Numbered from the stretch's first letter, positions 47,287 through 57,481 are shown. The stretch is 64,000 nucleotides of DNA from Polyangiales bacterium (GCA_045106895.1 JBGCFM010000016.1:79464-143463), one strand, 5' to 3'. Translations and numbers: made by a program. Notes: a model not told the origin generated them from the letters alone.

Positions 47287-47475
47287 TTACTTGCCGCCGC
47301 TGAAGCCGCCGTACCAGAACACACCTCCGGCGGTGTTGCCGCCGGTGTGTTGTGGGGGCAGCTCTCGCGTGTCGGAGCTTGTGGCGAAGGGGTCGAGGGC
47401 CATCGCGTTTGCCATTGCGTAGGCGCCGAGCACCACGAGGCAAAAAATAGCGGTTCCGATGGCACGTCCCTTCAC
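47287..47475 (-). CDS. Small membrane protein with Gly-rich GGK tail, downstream of DUF4178
   Basis: N-terminal TM and FWYGGFSGGK end. Confidence 0.6.
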   Translation of the reverse strand: MKGRAIGTAIFCLVVLGAYAMANAMALDPFATSSDTRELPPQHTGGNTAGGVFWYGGFSGGK

Positions 47476-47527
47476 GGCTGGAAGTCTGTCCTAATGGACC
47501 CGGAGCGTCAACGCGGGGCCGGGCGTT

Positions 47528-49453
47528 CTAGACGGTGCTGTTTTCTTTTCGCTGGGTTTCGAAGCTAACCTGGCGAGCAATGTTGAAGAATGCGGGTGCC
47601 AGGAGCATCAGCAAAGACAGGAGGAAGCACCAAGGCGATCGATCGTTGGTGTTGACCTGAATACGGAGATTGGGCGGAACGATGCCCCCTTGGCCGCCGG
47701 GCTGCGGGTAGGCGGTCCAAAAAGGGTCGATGCGCATGCGGTAGTTGCCCGCAGGAACCGAGTCGATGTTCACGTCGGAGTGAAGTGTACCTTCAGACCA
47801 CCGGTATCCGCCGTCGACACCATTGTAGGCGCCGAAGTCGAGCTCGAACTCGATGACCTCCCGGGTCTCTTCGTTGATCAGCGCGCACGCCGCTCCAACG
47901 AACTGGTTGCTTGGATTGCCGCCAAGATGAACGCCGAGAACCGTCCGTGAGCTGATGGCGAAGGGTGGCGTGAGCATCGCGTAGCGCCCGCTCGCGTCGG
48001 GCGCGGTCATGGAGGTGGGCGGCGTCTGAACGCTGCCATCGACGACGGTTCCTCCGCCTGAGGTGAACGCGGCCAATACGCAGAGGAGCACCGTCGCCAC
48101 GAGGGGGATGACGGTGCCTTTCCACGAGTAGGGGTTGGGTTGAACGATGCCAACGCCGCGTTTGTAAGGAGGCTTTCCGTCCAGGCCCAGCCCTGCCCAC
48201 ACGTCGGCGCCGTCAATGTGCTCACCGATGGACCAGTTGAGTTCCGTGTTGGTCAGCTCCGAGCTCAACACATAGGGAGGGCTGACGTAGTCGCAGAGGC
48301 TGGCCTCTTCGCCGCTCTCGACCTTCCAGTAGAACTCGCCGACGACGGTCTCAACCCACGCGTTGACGCGCGAGAAGATGGGGAAGCTGTCGTTCTTGTA
48401 CTTTGCGTTCTGAGAGTACTTCGACGCGTTGACCTCGCCGGCTTCCAGCGGGCGAATCAGTTGGAAATGGCCGTTGTCTTCAAGGAGCCACCAGAACCCC
48501 TGGCCCTCTACGTAGAGGAGGAACTCTCGCCATCGGTAGACCACGTAGTCGACCTTGGTGCAGCGCTCCATGAAACCGATGACGGTGACCTTTTGGCCCC
48601 CAAGAGTGCCTTCGGTGCCGAGGGGGATCGGCGACTTGGCGCGGGCTTGCTCAAGCTGCTTGAGCATCGCGAGGTCACCGTTCTGGTAGTCCAGAAGTGA
48701 GCTGCAGGAACCACAGACCACGCGTTCGGTGGCTTCCGGCGCCAAGACTGGGACGGCGTCGCCACACGTGGGGCAGCGCAGGCGCTTCGCTTCGACCTTT
48801 TCGGCGACGGGTGACCCGGCGCCGCGTCGTTGCCCGATGCTGAACTCTTCGTGGGAGAGCTTTCGTCCAACGAATAGCTTCGGCGGTTCTTGTCCGTTGC
48901 CGTAGTCGATGGTGGCGAAGCCGCCCTCGGCGTTGCTCAAGTCGACGTAGCGACCAGGAACGTTCGGCTGGAACACATAAGGAAGCTCGCCCTCTGCCGT
49001 CAGGACGGTGGAGCTGCCGCGCTCGGCGACGGTCCACTCGCCTTGGACGCCCGGAAGGGAGCCGCGCTGACCCGGCGCCATCTGCTCGAAGGTTGGAACG
49101 CTTCCTTCGTAGGAAAGAGGCACGGTGTAGTACCAGCGCCCCTGCGCCTTGGCGAGCCAGGCCCACTGACGAGTCTGCGTATTCTCCACGTACCATTCGT
49201 CCCAGGGCCCTTTGCCATGGTCGAGCTGCATTCGGCCGCCGACGACGATCTCGCCGCCGAGCATGTTCGCGGTGTCACCGATGCCGAGTGGTGGAGAAGT
49301 TGGAACGAGGTCGGCGAGCTGACCCAAGGTCTGAAGGTTTGTGCCGGTGCGCATCACGCACGCGCGACAGTAGGGACACGCCAGTACAGCAGCGCTGCCC
49401 ATCTTGAACTCGATGGGCGCTCCACAGTTGGGGCACGGGACCTGTCGACTCAT
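47528..49453 (-). CDS. DUF4178 protein (two zinc-ribbon + DUF4178 modules)
   Basis: CPNCGAP...CPYC, WDEW, AEGELP; CPTCG...CGSC, WREFLL, VGEFYW. Confidence 0.85.
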   Translation of the reverse strand: MSRQVPCPNCGAPIEFKMGSAAVLACPYCRACVMRTGTNLQTLGQLADLVPTSPPLGIGDTANMLGGEIVVGGRMQLDHGKGPWDEWYVENTQTRQWAWLAKAQGRWYYTVPLSYEGSVPTFEQMAPGQRGSLPGVQGEWTVAERGSSTVLTAEGELPYVFQPNVPGRYVDLSNAEGGFATIDYGNGQEPPKLFVGRKLSHEEFSIGQRRGAGSPVAEKVEAKRLRCPTCGDAVPVLAPEATERVVCGSCSSLLDYQNGDLAMLKQLEQARAKSPIPLGTEGTLGGQKVTVIGFMERCTKVDYVVYRWREFLLYVEGQGFWWLLEDNGHFQLIRPLEAGEVNASKYSQNAKYKNDSFPIFSRVNAWVETVVGEFYWKVESGEEASLCDYVSPPYVLSSELTNTELNWSIGEHIDGADVWAGLGLDGKPPYKRGVGIVQPNPYSWKGTVIPLVATVLLCVLAAFTSGGGTVVDGSVQTPPTSMTAPDASGRYAMLTPPFAISSRTVLGVHLGGNPSNQFVGAACALINEETREVIEFELDFGAYNGVDGGYRWSEGTLHSDVNIDSVPAGNYRMRIDPFWTAYPQPGGQGGIVPPNLRIQVNTNDRSPWCFLLSLLMLLAPAFFNIARQVSFETQRKENSTV

Positions 49454-50598
49454 GAGTTCCCCTCTTCGGCCTTGGCGATTTCCGATTCAATGCTGGCGGC
49501 CAGTTCGCTCACGTCACCTGGCGGTGGCGGCAAGGTGCCCAGCGCTTCTCGGCGCTCCCGCCAGCGATGGCGGGCCATTTCTCGCATGTCTTCGGTTGCG
49601 TCTGCTTCGTCCACGATCTCAAGTCCGATGAGGGTTTCTAGCACGTCTTCCATGCTTACGACCCCATCGACGCCGCCATATTCGTCGACGACGAGGGCGA
49701 TATGCTCACGTTCCTCTAGAAGTTTCTCGAAAACAGCGGCGACGGGCAGTCCTTCGGGCACCACCAATATCGTCCGAGCGAAGGATCCGAGCTTTTTCTC
49801 CTGCTCTCCTTGGGCGGCGGCGAGGAAAAGCGTGTCTTTGAGGACGTAACCAATGACGTCATCACGGGATTCTCCGAAAATGGGGATTCGCGAGAAGACG
49901 CGGGTGGAGACGCTGTCCGGGGAGTCGTCTTCGCCGGTCTGGGGGACGACATCAGCCACGGTCTGCTCGGCGGAGAGCGAGAACATCACCGTGCGCGGCG
50001 TCATGATGTCGCGGGCTCGCAGCGAACCGAAACGAAAGAGGTTCGCCAGGATTCGTGATTCGCTCGCGTCGAAGACCCCTTGTTCCGAGGCGAGGCGGGC
50101 CAGGGCGGCGATCTCCTCTCGGCTCACCGCCTCTTTCTCCTCGCCGTCCTTTTTGATGACTCGCGTGATGAACTTTGAGAGCCACACGAAAGGGCTCATC
50201 AAGAAGATGAGCGGCGGAAGTACACGCGTCATGGTGGGCGCGAGCTGGCGCCAGTAGACGGCCCCGAGAGTCTTCGGGATGATCTCGCTGATGACGAGAA
50301 CCAAGAGCGTCAGGATTGCCGACGCGACGGCGAGAATCTCCGAGCCGAATACGATCTGCGCCTGGGCACCTGCCCCGGCGGCCCCCGCGGTGTTCGCCAG
50401 GGTGTTGAGGCTCAGGATCGCCGAGAGCGGTCGGTCGACGTTCCCCTTCAGTCGCTCGAGTCGAGCGCCGACGGCGGGTCGGTCGTGCTTCATGCGACCG
50501 ATGAAGCCGGGCGTTACCGATAGCAGCACGGCCTCCAAAACGGAGCACATGAACGAGAAGCCAAGGGCGAGGGCTACGTAGACAACAAGGAGCGTCAT
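49450..50598 (-). CDS. CNNM/CorC family (DUF21 + CBS) membrane protein
   Basis: CSVLEAVLLS, SEIIPK, IMTPR, VVDEYGG, EDVLE..IG.EI.DE. Confidence 0.92.
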   Translation of the reverse strand: MTLLVVYVALALGFSFMCSVLEAVLLSVTPGFIGRMKHDRPAVGARLERLKGNVDRPLSAILSLNTLANTAGAAGAGAQAQIVFGSEILAVASAILTLLVLVISEIIPKTLGAVYWRQLAPTMTRVLPPLIFLMSPFVWLSKFITRVIKKDGEEKEAVSREEIAALARLASEQGVFDASESRILANLFRFGSLRARDIMTPRTVMFSLSAEQTVADVVPQTGEDDSPDSVSTRVFSRIPIFGESRDDVIGYVLKDTLFLAAAQGEQEKKLGSFARTILVVPEGLPVAAVFEKLLEEREHIALVVDEYGGVDGVVSMEDVLETLIGLEIVDEADATEDMREMARHRWRERREALGTLPPPPGDVSELAASIESEIAKAEEGNS

Positions 50599-50658
50599 TT
50601 GAGGAAGCAGGGCTACCCTAACGCGTTTTTCGCCGCCGTCGACCCATCGAAAGGACGG

Positions 50659-51948
50659 CTATTTATCGTGTGGCGGGCTTGGCGATCGTCGCCCGGCGAT
50701 CAAACGCGCACCCCGTTTGAAGGTCAAATACGACCATGTCCAGTTGAAGAGAACGATGGCGCGATTCCGGAAGCCCATCAAAAGAACAACGTGGACGAAG
50801 CACCAGGCCAGCCACGCGAAGAAGCCCTCGAGCTTGATGGCGCCTTGCACGACTGCGCGTGAACGCCCGATGGTCGCCATGATGCCTCGGTCGGCGTACT
50901 CAAACGCCTTTCGAGGCTGCCTCTTCAGGTCGCGCCGGATCTGCGCCGCGACGTGCTTGCCTTGCTGCATCGCGACAGCGCCCAGGCCTGGGAGGGCTTC
51001 GGTCTCGCCCTCTGGAACGAATGCAGCGACGTCACCGATCGCGAAGATGTTGGCGTGTCCAAGAGCGGCGCAGTGTGCGTCGACGCGAATGCGACCGCGG
51101 CGACCGAGGGTGAGGCCGCTGGCTTCGGCGAAGGTCTCCGGCGCGACACCGCTGCCCCATACAACCACGGACGCATCGATGCGTTCGAGGGCGTGACCAT
51201 CCAGGTCCACTCCCTCCGCGTCGACGTTGGTGACGCGGGCGCCAAGTGCGAGTTCGACGCCGAGGGTTTGAAGTTGCCGCTCGGCGGAGAAGCTCAGGTC
51301 CTCGTCGAAGGGTGTGAGCACGTGCTCTGCCATCTCGACCAGGACGACGCGGATGTCGTCTGGCGCGATGCGTCGGTAGTCGTCGGCGAGCACCTGCCGG
51401 CCCAGTTCGCTGATCGCGCCAGCCATCTCCACGCCGGTGGGGCCGCCTCCGATGACGACGAAGGTGGTCAGGCGCGCTCGCTCGGCGGGGTCTTCGCTTC
51501 GTTCCGCGGCTTCGAAGGCGAGGAGGATACGCTCCCGAATGTCGATGGCGTCACGAACGCTCTTGAGGCCCGGCGCGTGAGGTGCCCACTCCGCTTCGTG
51601 GCCGAAGTAGTTGGTGCGGCATCCGACGGAGATCACCAAGCTGTCGTATGCAACGCGTTCCCCGTCGGCGAGGACGACGGCCTGCTTTTCGCGGTCGAGT
51701 TCCACGGCCTCGCCGAGGATGACGCGCAGGTTGTTTTGCCCCGAAAGGACGCCGCGTATCGGGAGCGCGATGGAACCCGGCGCGAGGCTTGCCGTGGCGA
51801 CCTGGTAGAGCAGCGGTTGAAAGAGATGGTGGTTTTCCCGATCGATGAGCGTGACTTCGACATTCGCGCCCTTGAGCCGGCGCGCGGTCTGAAGTCCGCC
51901 AAACCCTCCGCCCAGGATGACGACGCGATGCTTCGACGAATCGCCCAC
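50659..51948 (-). CDS. ndh: Type II NADH dehydrogenase
   Basis: GGGFGG, FQPLLYQVAT, GGGPTGVE, FAIGD, MATIGR. Confidence 0.9.
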   Translation of the reverse strand: MGDSSKHRVVILGGGFGGLQTARRLKGANVEVTLIDRENHHLFQPLLYQVATASLAPGSIALPIRGVLSGQNNLRVILGEAVELDREKQAVVLADGERVAYDSLVISVGCRTNYFGHEAEWAPHAPGLKSVRDAIDIRERILLAFEAAERSEDPAERARLTTFVVIGGGPTGVEMAGAISELGRQVLADDYRRIAPDDIRVVLVEMAEHVLTPFDEDLSFSAERQLQTLGVELALGARVTNVDAEGVDLDGHALERIDASVVVWGSGVAPETFAEASGLTLGRRGRIRVDAHCAALGHANIFAIGDVAAFVPEGETEALPGLGAVAMQQGKHVAAQIRRDLKRQPRKAFEYADRGIMATIGRSRAVVQGAIKLEGFFAWLAWCFVHVVLLMGFRNRAIVLFNWTWSYLTFKRGARLIAGRRSPSPPHDK

Positions 51949-51951
51949 GTT

Positions 51952-52905
51952 CTAGGCTCCGACGAGCTCTTCGCTCTTTTCCCAAAGCGCTTTGGCCATG
52001 GCCTCGTCGTGTGCGTTCGGGTTCGGCGAAGTCAGCGGCCAGCCGCCTTTGTTGCAGGCCTTGTCGCGGTACATTCCCGTCTGGCTGAAGAAGGCCCCGC
52101 TGTGCTCGCTGACGTCGTCCGCGAGCAACGCATGGAGCGAAGTCTGTGCACCCTGCCAAGGTTCGATCATGCCCATGAGACCAAAGATGGGGCGCAACAC
52201 GTAGTTCTGCATGAAGAGCGGCATCGTGTGTTTGGCGAGGTCCGTTCGAACCCAGCCAGGATGCACGCTGACGGCGGTGACGCCGCTCCCTTGAGTTCGC
52301 TTGGCGAGCTCCTTCGCGTGAAGAACGTTGGCGAGCTTGGACTGCGCGTACGCCTCCCAACCGTCGTACTTTCGGTTGTCGAAGTGGAGGTCCTCGACGA
52401 CGATCTTGCCTTCGCGGCCTTGGGCTTTGTCGTGAAAACAGCTCGACACGTTAACGACGCGGGACGGCGCGCCTTTCTTGAGGGCGCCGAGGAGGAGGTC
52501 CGTGAGCAAGAAGTGGCCGAGGTGGTTGACGCCGATCTGCATCTCAAAACCATCTTTGGTTTTTGCGTCGGCGCTGGTGTTCATCACCCCCGCGTTGTTG
52601 AGGAGACCATGCAATGTGTCGTGCTCTGAGAGGAGTCCTTCGGCGAAAGCACGAACCGAAGCCAGGTCCCCGAGGTCGAGGGCCCGCGCGCTGACGCTGA
52701 CGTTTGGGTGCTCTTCCTTCAGAGCCGCCATGGCCTTCTCCGCTTCGCCAACGCGTCGGCACGCGTACACGACGGTGGCGCCTTGCTTGGCGAGCTGGTT
52801 TGCCGAGATGAGCCCGATGCCGGAGTTCGCGCCGGTGACGACGATGACACGTCCACTCAGGTCTTTGGCGAGTAGTTCAGGGCTGCATGTAAGTGGCTTG
52901 GCCAT
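51952..52905 (-). CDS. SDR oxidoreductase (retinol dehydrogenase-like)
   Basis: TGANSGIG, NNAG, NHLGHF, YAQSK, HPG. Confidence 0.92.
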   Translation of the reverse strand: MAKPLTCSPELLAKDLSGRVIVVTGANSGIGLISANQLAKQGATVVYACRRVGEAEKAMAALKEEHPNVSVSARALDLGDLASVRAFAEGLLSEHDTLHGLLNNAGVMNTSADAKTKDGFEMQIGVNHLGHFLLTDLLLGALKKGAPSRVVNVSSCFHDKAQGREGKIVVEDLHFDNRKYDGWEAYAQSKLANVLHAKELAKRTQGSGVTAVSVHPGWVRTDLAKHTMPLFMQNYVLRPIFGLMGMIEPWQGAQTSLHALLADDVSEHSGAFFSQTGMYRDKACNKGGWPLTSPNPNAHDEAMAKALWEKSEELVGA

Positions 52906-52971
52906 CGAGATACCTTTCGTTCAGCTCTCGCGTAGAGCCCGCCCCTTGTGTAGGGAGCTAGCCTCAGGGCG

Positions 52972-53298
52972 TCAAGATGGGCTGGGCTTCGGAATCCAGC
53001 GGAAGTCTACGAGGCGCAGCTTGCCCGAGCGAAACACGACTCCTTCGCCTTCGAGGAGGCGCTGTTGTCGAGGGTTGTCCTCGGTGTCGACGGAGCAGCG
53101 GCCGCTCGCGTTGACGACGCGATGCCACGGCACGTCCTCCGGCGACTCACCCATGGCGCGTCCGACCTGACGTGCCGTGAGCGCCGCGACGTCTTCGCTC
53201 GCCAGGTGATCGGCGATTTGGCCGTAGGTCATGACTTGGCCCGCGGGAATGCGTCGAACCAGATTCCAAAGTTCGGTCCAGGTCGGCGAGTTGGTCAT
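52972..53298 (-). CDS. Alkyltransferase-like (ATL, MGMT family) protein
   Basis: TYGQIA, ARQVG, PWHRV (Trp in place of the catalytic Cys). Confidence 0.9.
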   Translation of the reverse strand: MTNSPTWTELWNLVRRIPAGQVMTYGQIADHLASEDVAALTARQVGRAMGESPEDVPWHRVVNASGRCSVDTEDNPRQQRLLEGEGVVFRSGKLRLVDFRWIPKPSPS

Positions 53299-53313
53299 CG
53301 CGCTCTCCTCTCG

Positions 53314-54477
53314 TTAACCCGCGTCTTCGTCCCGGCGGAAAGGGCCGTGGCCCGTCTCGACGGCGATGCGGCGTGCGACCTGGTGCGCCTCGTGGGGAAG
53401 GAACTCCGCGATGGCTCGTCGCAGTTCCGGTTCTTTGATCCAGTGAGCGCTGTGCACTTTGCTCGGCATCAGCCCACGCCTGAGCTTGTGCGAACCTTGA
53501 GCGCCCGCTTCGAAACGCGTCATGCCTTGGGCGATCGCTCTCTCGATGAGTTGATAATAACAGAGCTCAAAGTGCAGCATGTCGTAGCTGTCTTCGCAGC
53601 CCCAGTAGCGGCCATAGAGGTGCCCGCCTTTTTCAAAGTTGAGCGTGCCGGCCACGCACCGCTCATCGGCGCCGGGCTCGCCTTCGTACGCAAACACGGC
53701 GACGGCTCGCTCACCGAGAGTCTTTGCGCCTATCTCGAAGAACGAATCTTCAAGGTAGGGAAACGAGCCTTTGCGCGCGCAGGTGTCGGCGTAAAAGCTA
53801 CGAAGCCGGTGCCAGTCTTCGGGTGTGAGCGCATCGCCGGTTTTGACTTCGATGCGCAGCCCCGCTTCCGTGACGCGACGTCGTTCTTTTCGCGTCTTCT
53901 TTCGCATCGAAGAGCGAAAGCGCGCGAGGTACGCGTCAAAATCCGCGTCACCGGCGCCGTGCCAGTGGTACTGCATCGAGAGCCGCGGCATGAAACGTTT
54001 GTCGCGACGCACCTCTTCGATCTCCTCGTCGTTGAGAAAGAGCAGGTGAATGCTGGAAGCGTCCGTGGCTTCCGCCGCCGCGAGAACGCCTTCGAGAAGA
54101 GCTGCGACGATAGGCCCGCGTTCGCGAGCGGGGTGCACCAAGAAGCGGTGCCCCGTCGCCGGCGTGAGCGGCGCCATCGAGACCAGCTTCGGGTAATAAG
54201 GAATGCCTGCGCGTTCGGCGCCGCCAGCCCAGCTCCAGTCGAAGATGTACTCGCCGTAGCTGTGCTCTTTTAGGTACAGCGGCATCGCGCCAACGAGGAT
54301 GCCCTTGTCCCGCGCCACCAAGTGCATGGGGTGCCAGCCGCTCTTTCCGCCGACGGAGCCGCTTGTCTCGAGGGCGTGAAGAAACGCGTGCTCTACGAAG
54401 GGGTCGTTTTCGCCGCTGACGGCGTCCCACTCGGCGGCGTCGATATCATCAAGGCCCTGCTGAATGCTGACTTCCAT
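53314..54477 (-). CDS. GNAT/FemAB-like (DUF482) protein
   Basis: HSYGEYIFDWSWA, YYPKL, LYGRYWG, LHFELCYYQ, GAQGSHK. Confidence 0.92.
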   Translation of the reverse strand: MEVSIQQGLDDIDAAEWDAVSGENDPFVEHAFLHALETSGSVGGKSGWHPMHLVARDKGILVGAMPLYLKEHSYGEYIFDWSWAGGAERAGIPYYPKLVSMAPLTPATGHRFLVHPARERGPIVAALLEGVLAAAEATDASSIHLLFLNDEEIEEVRRDKRFMPRLSMQYHWHGAGDADFDAYLARFRSSMRKKTRKERRRVTEAGLRIEVKTGDALTPEDWHRLRSFYADTCARKGSFPYLEDSFFEIGAKTLGERAVAVFAYEGEPGADERCVAGTLNFEKGGHLYGRYWGCEDSYDMLHFELCYYQLIERAIAQGMTRFEAGAQGSHKLRRGLMPSKVHSAHWIKEPELRRAIAEFLPHEAHQVARRIAVETGHGPFRRDEDAG

Positions 54478-54537
54478 GGTCGCTTAGGAGTGTGGGGCGA
54501 GCGCTCGAATAGGCAAGCCACGCTTTGTATGTACGGC

Positions 54538-55902
54538 CTAACGAGCGAGCTTCTGGTTGACGAAGCCGCTCTCTTCGCTGACATCGCGCACCACGTAGGG
54601 GGAGAGCCACTCCGGCGCTTCGGGGACGATGTCCGCCGAAGGAAGCTCCACCTCGGCGAGAACGAGGTCGCGGTCGGTGAACTCATCGACCTCCCAGACG
54701 AGGTCCCCGTCCGGCACCACGTATCGGCGCTTCGACACCCGTGAACCTTCGGTGAGGGGCCAGAGCTGCTCGAAGGTGGCGGCGTCCATAGGCTCTTCGA
54801 ACTCGATGCGCGAGATGCCCCGGCCCGCTTTGATGGTGCGCCGATAGGTGGTGCCTTCGGGACCGACGATGCGCCTTACGCGCTCGCGGATATCGCGACC
54901 GGGTAGGTAGCCTTGGTCGAGCTCGAGGCAGGGGTGCCCGAGGACCCCTTTGGGAAGTGCCGTGAGGAGGTACTTGCGTTCGATCTCAAGGTGCTCTTGC
55001 CCGTACCCGAGGAGCCGCTCGGCGGCGCGCTCGAAGCCATCGAGAAAGCTGCTGAAAGGCGTGGTGTCGCTCGCGCCGTGGCGGAGGCCGAGCTCGAGTG
55101 CTTTGGCGAGCTGCAGGTTGGCCTGGACTTCGGCTGCGCGTGTGAGTGCCGCGAGGGATTCTCCGGTAGCTTCGTCTTCTTCACCCCCCGGGGAGATGTG
55201 CTCTGCAAGAAGGCGAAGATCGTGCGCGTCTCCCAGCCAGTCCTGAAGTGCGATGCACTCGTCGACGAGGGGCGAGAGCTCGTAGGAGCCCTTCGCCAGA
55301 GGCTCCATGAGGTAGCGCAGCGCTTTGACGCGCAGGCGTGCCTTGTGAAGCTCCTCATCGCTCGGCCCATCCGCCAGGCGCGCGAGGGCTTTGCGTGCGC
55401 CGGGCAGAACCTTTGCCACCGCCGAGCCAGTCGTCGTCGCGAGGGTGGTGTCGCGGTTCATCTTCGGTGTTGCCACGGTGCTCAGGCGCTGTTTGACGCC
55501 ACCGTCCCATTTGGCGAATGACCGAAGTGCGCGAACGATGCCCTTTGAGGTCTTCTTTTTTGGAAGCAAGCGCAACGAGGCCTTCGCATCGAGCTGATTT
55601 TCTTCCGCCAGCGCACGCACCCACCGGCGTTGCACGGCGCGGTCACGGCCACGGCTCGTGGCGCGGTGAATCGACTTGAGCGTGGCGCGCTCTTTCTTGG
55701 AGAAGAGCTCGGGGTGGTGCGCGCCTAAGGCTCGAAGTCGGCGCAGCGAGACTCGAAATGAATGGAGCTTCTTTTCGGATGCTCGTTTCAGCAAGTCGCG
55801 CGCGTCACGACGGGCGCGCTTGAGCCAGGCGAGGGCTACTTGGCGGAGGGCAACGCTCGAGGAGCGAGAGCCGAGATCGGAAGGAAACGCCACGAGATAC
55901 AA
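54538..55902 (-). CDS. CHAD + CYTH domain protein
   Basis: LHSFRVSLRRLR, LHKARLRVKALRY, QDWLGDAHD; then EIERKYL, RIEFE, KRRY, WEVD, AEVE. Confidence 0.88.
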   Translation of the reverse strand: MYLVAFPSDLGSRSSSVALRQVALAWLKRARRDARDLLKRASEKKLHSFRVSLRRLRALGAHHPELFSKKERATLKSIHRATSRGRDRAVQRRWVRALAEENQLDAKASLRLLPKKKTSKGIVRALRSFAKWDGGVKQRLSTVATPKMNRDTTLATTTGSAVAKVLPGARKALARLADGPSDEELHKARLRVKALRYLMEPLAKGSYELSPLVDECIALQDWLGDAHDLRLLAEHISPGGEEDEATGESLAALTRAAEVQANLQLAKALELGLRHGASDTTPFSSFLDGFERAAERLLGYGQEHLEIERKYLLTALPKGVLGHPCLELDQGYLPGRDIRERVRRIVGPEGTTYRRTIKAGRGISRIEFEEPMDAATFEQLWPLTEGSRVSKRRYVVPDGDLVWEVDEFTDRDLVLAEVELPSADIVPEAPEWLSPYVVRDVSEESGFVNQKLAR

Positions 55903-55966
55903 TGACGCACTCGGCGAGAAAAAAGAAGCTTCTCCCCCGGAAGTCGTCGCTGCACGGCCAAATAGG

Positions 55967-56848
55967 CTACGCGCCCCAGAAGAGCCACGCGGCCCAGCCC
56001 AGGAATACGGCCTGGGTGGTCACGCCGTGGAGAACGATGAAGCGAATCGAGGCGCCTGGTGTCCTCGGAGGCTGGACCAGGAGAGGCATCAGCGGGACCA
56101 CGGCGAGGGCGAGCCAGCCGTCGCCAAAGTGGACGTGCCCCGCCCAGCTGAGCGCGTAGAGGGCGATGACCGTGAGGCCGATGCAGCTCCATGCGGCGCG
56201 AACGATGCCCTTCTTGACGGCGAGGGTGCGCTTTTTTGCGCGTCGATCCGCGGCGATGTCGGGGAGCGCCGTGGCGATGTTTGCGGACGCGGCCAAAGCC
56301 ACGCACCCGGCGCCGATGGTCCACGGGAACGACGCGAGTTCGCCGGCCTGGGCGGCGTAGCCGAAGAGAGGCAGGACGCCCCCTACGCCGAGGCCCTGAA
56401 GCCATTCGCCTCCGCCGCGGTAGGACAGCCGCAGCGGCGCGTAGCTGTACGCCCAAAGCAAAACGAGCGCCGCGATGGACAAGGCCAGCGGCCACGGCGT
56501 GCGGGGTACGAAGACGCCGCCGAGGACGAGGAGTAAGACGCCCATCACAACGGCGGCGCGCCGGAGCGAGGCCGCACTGAGGTCCCCGTTTTGAAGCACG
56601 CCGGAGCCGCCGGAGAAGAGAGTGCGCTGGTCCGTGTCGTGCTCGCGGTCGGCGTAGTCGTTCGCAAAGACGATAAAGAGGTGATCCGCGACGCCGAAGG
56701 CCGCCACGAGGCCCAAGACGGACCACGAGAAAACGCCCAGCTTGGCGAAGGCGAAGGCCTGGCCTAGCAACAAGGGGCCGGCGATATTCGCCTGCGCCAA
56801 CGGGCGCGCTGCCTTTAGCCACGCTCGCCCCTGTGCACCCCCAGCCAC
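55967..56848 (-). CDS. UbiA/MenA family prenyltransferase (copy 2)
   Basis: NDYADREHD, FSGGSG, YSYAPLRLSYRGGGE, DIAADRRAKKRT; start uncertain. Confidence 0.85.
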   Translation of the reverse strand: MAGGAQGRAWLKAARPLAQANIAGPLLLGQAFAFAKLGVFSWSVLGLVAAFGVADHLFIVFANDYADREHDTDQRTLFSGGSGVLQNGDLSAASLRRAAVVMGVLLLVLGGVFVPRTPWPLALSIAALVLLWAYSYAPLRLSYRGGGEWLQGLGVGGVLPLFGYAAQAGELASFPWTIGAGCVALAASANIATALPDIAADRRAKKRTLAVKKGIVRAAWSCIGLTVIALYALSWAGHVHFGDGWLALAVVPLMPLLVQPPRTPGASIRFIVLHGVTTQAVFLGWAAWLFWGA

Positions 56849-56872
56849 GCTGTGGCATAGCACGCCGTGGCC

Positions 56873-57481
56873 ATGGAACGAGTGCAACGTCTCCTCGGCG
56901 GACTCTGCGGAGTAGCGTTTGTGGGGCACGTAGGTCTCGGCCTACTGGGCGCGCGCCTCGCGTGGACCCAGTACACTCTAGTGAGCGACACGACGCGCGA
57001 CGTTTTCTTTCGCCAATCGGCGATCAGCGCTCAGCTCGCGGACCAAGCACAGCTCGCGTTCTTCGACCGTGGCCTCGTCGTCGCTACGGCGCTGCTCTTC
57101 ATCACGCTCTTCTACCTGCTCTACCGCGATCTGCCGGACCGGCGGCGACAGCCTTACTGGGGGTGGCTCTCGTGGCTCGTGCCCTTCGCGTTTCTCTACA
57201 TGCCGTTTCGTTTGGCCAAGGAGATCGATGCGCCGCGCGATGAGCCCCAACAGGAAAGCGAGGAGGGCGCCGCACATCCTGCTTGGACCGTGTTCGCGTG
57301 GTGGACCATGTGGCTCACGTCTCGAATCCTCGGACTCGTCGCCGGTCTCGCTGAACGTGACGGCCACTGGGATCAAGCCGCCGGTCTCGACCTCGTCGCC
57401 TCTCTGGCCTCCGCGCTCTCGGCTCTCGCGGCACTGATTCTCGTGCGTCGCTGGGTGTTTCTTCGAGGCCAGCACGCATGA
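56873..57481 (+). CDS. DUF4328-like membrane protein
   Basis: Several TM helices, WLVPFAFLYMPF, WWTMW. Confidence 0.6.
   Translation: MERVQRLLGGLCGVAFVGHVGLGLLGARLAWTQYTLVSDTTRDVFFRQSAISAQLADQAQLAFFDRGLVVATALLFITLFYLLYRDLPDRRRQPYWGWLSWLVPFAFLYMPFRLAKEIDAPRDEPQQESEEGAAHPAWTVFAWWTMWLTSRILGLVAGLAERDGHWDQAAGLDLVASLASALSALAALILVRRWVFLRGQHA

Noticed and set aside
50953..52629. 558-aa plus-strand ORF
   Set aside because: Antisense to ndh and the SDR gene; no independent motifs.
53065..54273. 402-aa plus-strand ORF
   Set aside because: Antisense shadow of the DUF482 and ATL genes.
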